Of a stretch of 32,000 nucleotides of DNA, positions 31,634-32,000 are shown piece after piece. This DNA is from Nitrososphaera viennensis EN76 (lineage in GTDB: Archaea; Thermoproteota; Nitrososphaeria; Nitrososphaerales; Nitrososphaeraceae): positions 1,140,001 to 1,172,000 of the forward strand of contig NZ_CP007536.1 of assembly GCF_000698785.1 (NCBI RefSeq). The letters are read 5' to 3'. The notes under the pieces are model-generated. The model had not been told where the DNA came from, made no database searches, and was given only the letters and a program-made list of their open reading frames with translations. The translations under genes and the position numbers were made by a program. How positions within the stretch are numbered: position 1 is the stretch's first letter; every line of letters starts with the position of its first letter.

Positions 31634-32000
31634 TCGACCACCGCCAGCTTGCCGCTCTTGCCATATCCGGAAGCGTCTATCGTCACAAAGCGGAACCCCA
31701 GCTCCTTCAGCTTCTTGTCCAGCAATTCCAGTTTTTCAGGGTCAAACATCCTGCCCAGCTCATCCCTTCCCACCTCGATCCTTGCGATCTCGCCGTGGTC
31801 CCTGACCCGCACCTGCCTGACCCCGAATATCGACTTGACTATTATCTCCGAGCTCTCTATCTTGCGCAGCTTTTCGTACGTGACTTCCATGCCCGTCGGT
31901 ATCCTTGACGCGAGGCACGCGTTTGACGGCTTGTCGTACACGGACAGCCCGAACTCTTTTGCCATCCTGCGGATCTCGGCCTTGTCGATGCCAAGCTCCA
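31630..32000 (-). CDS. LarE-like PP-loop ATP-utilising enzyme (TIGR00268-type); C-terminal part only, with the 5' end right of the window
   Basis: The track shows 31630..31965, but the frame stays open to 32000 (..ELGIDKAEIRRMAKEFGL..). DKPSNACLASRIPTG and VRQVRVRDHGEIARIEV match the conserved C-terminal half of LarE-family proteins. A 4-nt overlap joins it to the cysteine desulfurase start. Confidence 0.8.
   Translation of the reverse strand, partial: ELGIDKAEIRRMAKEFGLSVYDKPSNACLASRIPTGMEVTYEKLRKIESSEIIVKSIFGVRQVRVRDHGEIARIEVGRDELGRMFDPEKLELLDKKLKELGFRFVTIDASGYGKSGKLAVVD

Noticed and set aside
1-32000. Scan of the whole window for CRISPR arrays, transposases/IS ends, integrases, prophage genes, restriction-modification, toxin-antitoxin or other defence modules
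   Set aside because: I saw no spaced repeat array, no terminal inverted repeats flanking an ORF, and no recognisable recombinase, nuclease or methyltransferase motifs. The only exact repeat I found is the 37-nt pair at 14285/14358.

Overview
This window looks like core chromosome of a high-GC ammonia-oxidising thaumarchaeon (Nitrososphaera-like). The assignment rests on four things: an unsplit rpoA, a PEFG-CTERM sorting signal, the pccB-accC-accB carboxylase operon of the 3-hydroxypropionate/4-hydroxybutyrate (HP/HB) cycle, and an intron-containing tRNA. From left to right the window contains:
- a truncated secreted protein;
- the conserved archaeal block rpoH-rpoB-rpoA-rpl30e-nusA-rps12-rps7 (minus strand);
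- a PEFG-CTERM surface protein, tRNA-His(GUG) with an intron, and a secreted DUF1264/OBAP homologue;
- a dense run of tRNA-modification and nucleotide-housekeeping genes: NIF3-like, taw1, rdgB, bud32, kae1, ychF-like, DUF985 cupin, queC, queE, folE;
- rfcL flanked by three uncharacterised genes;
- the acetyl/propionyl-CoA carboxylase operon;
- a small accessory-looking stretch: a membrane protein with a C-L-I-A-T-A-A-F-G-S box, an MBL-fold hydrolase with atypical codon usage, and a peroxiredoxin;
- a cysteine desulfurase overlapping a LarE-like PP-loop gene that runs off the right edge.

I found no CRISPR array, transposase, integrase, or recognisable defence or toxin-antitoxin module, and no complete novel system that I can defend. 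The best candidates for new biology are:
- the unknown 376-aa protein and the Cys-rich polyQ zinc-finger protein that bracket rfcL;
- a small PH/GRAM-like gene wedged between bud32 and kae1 behind a 33-nt divergent leaderless promoter;
- a perfect 37-nt direct repeat that appears to have un-overlapped the 3' ends of taw1 and rdgB;
- a preQ0 cluster that lacks queD but carries two uncharacterised neighbours.

All calls come from reading the sequence and recalling motifs. No database search was run.
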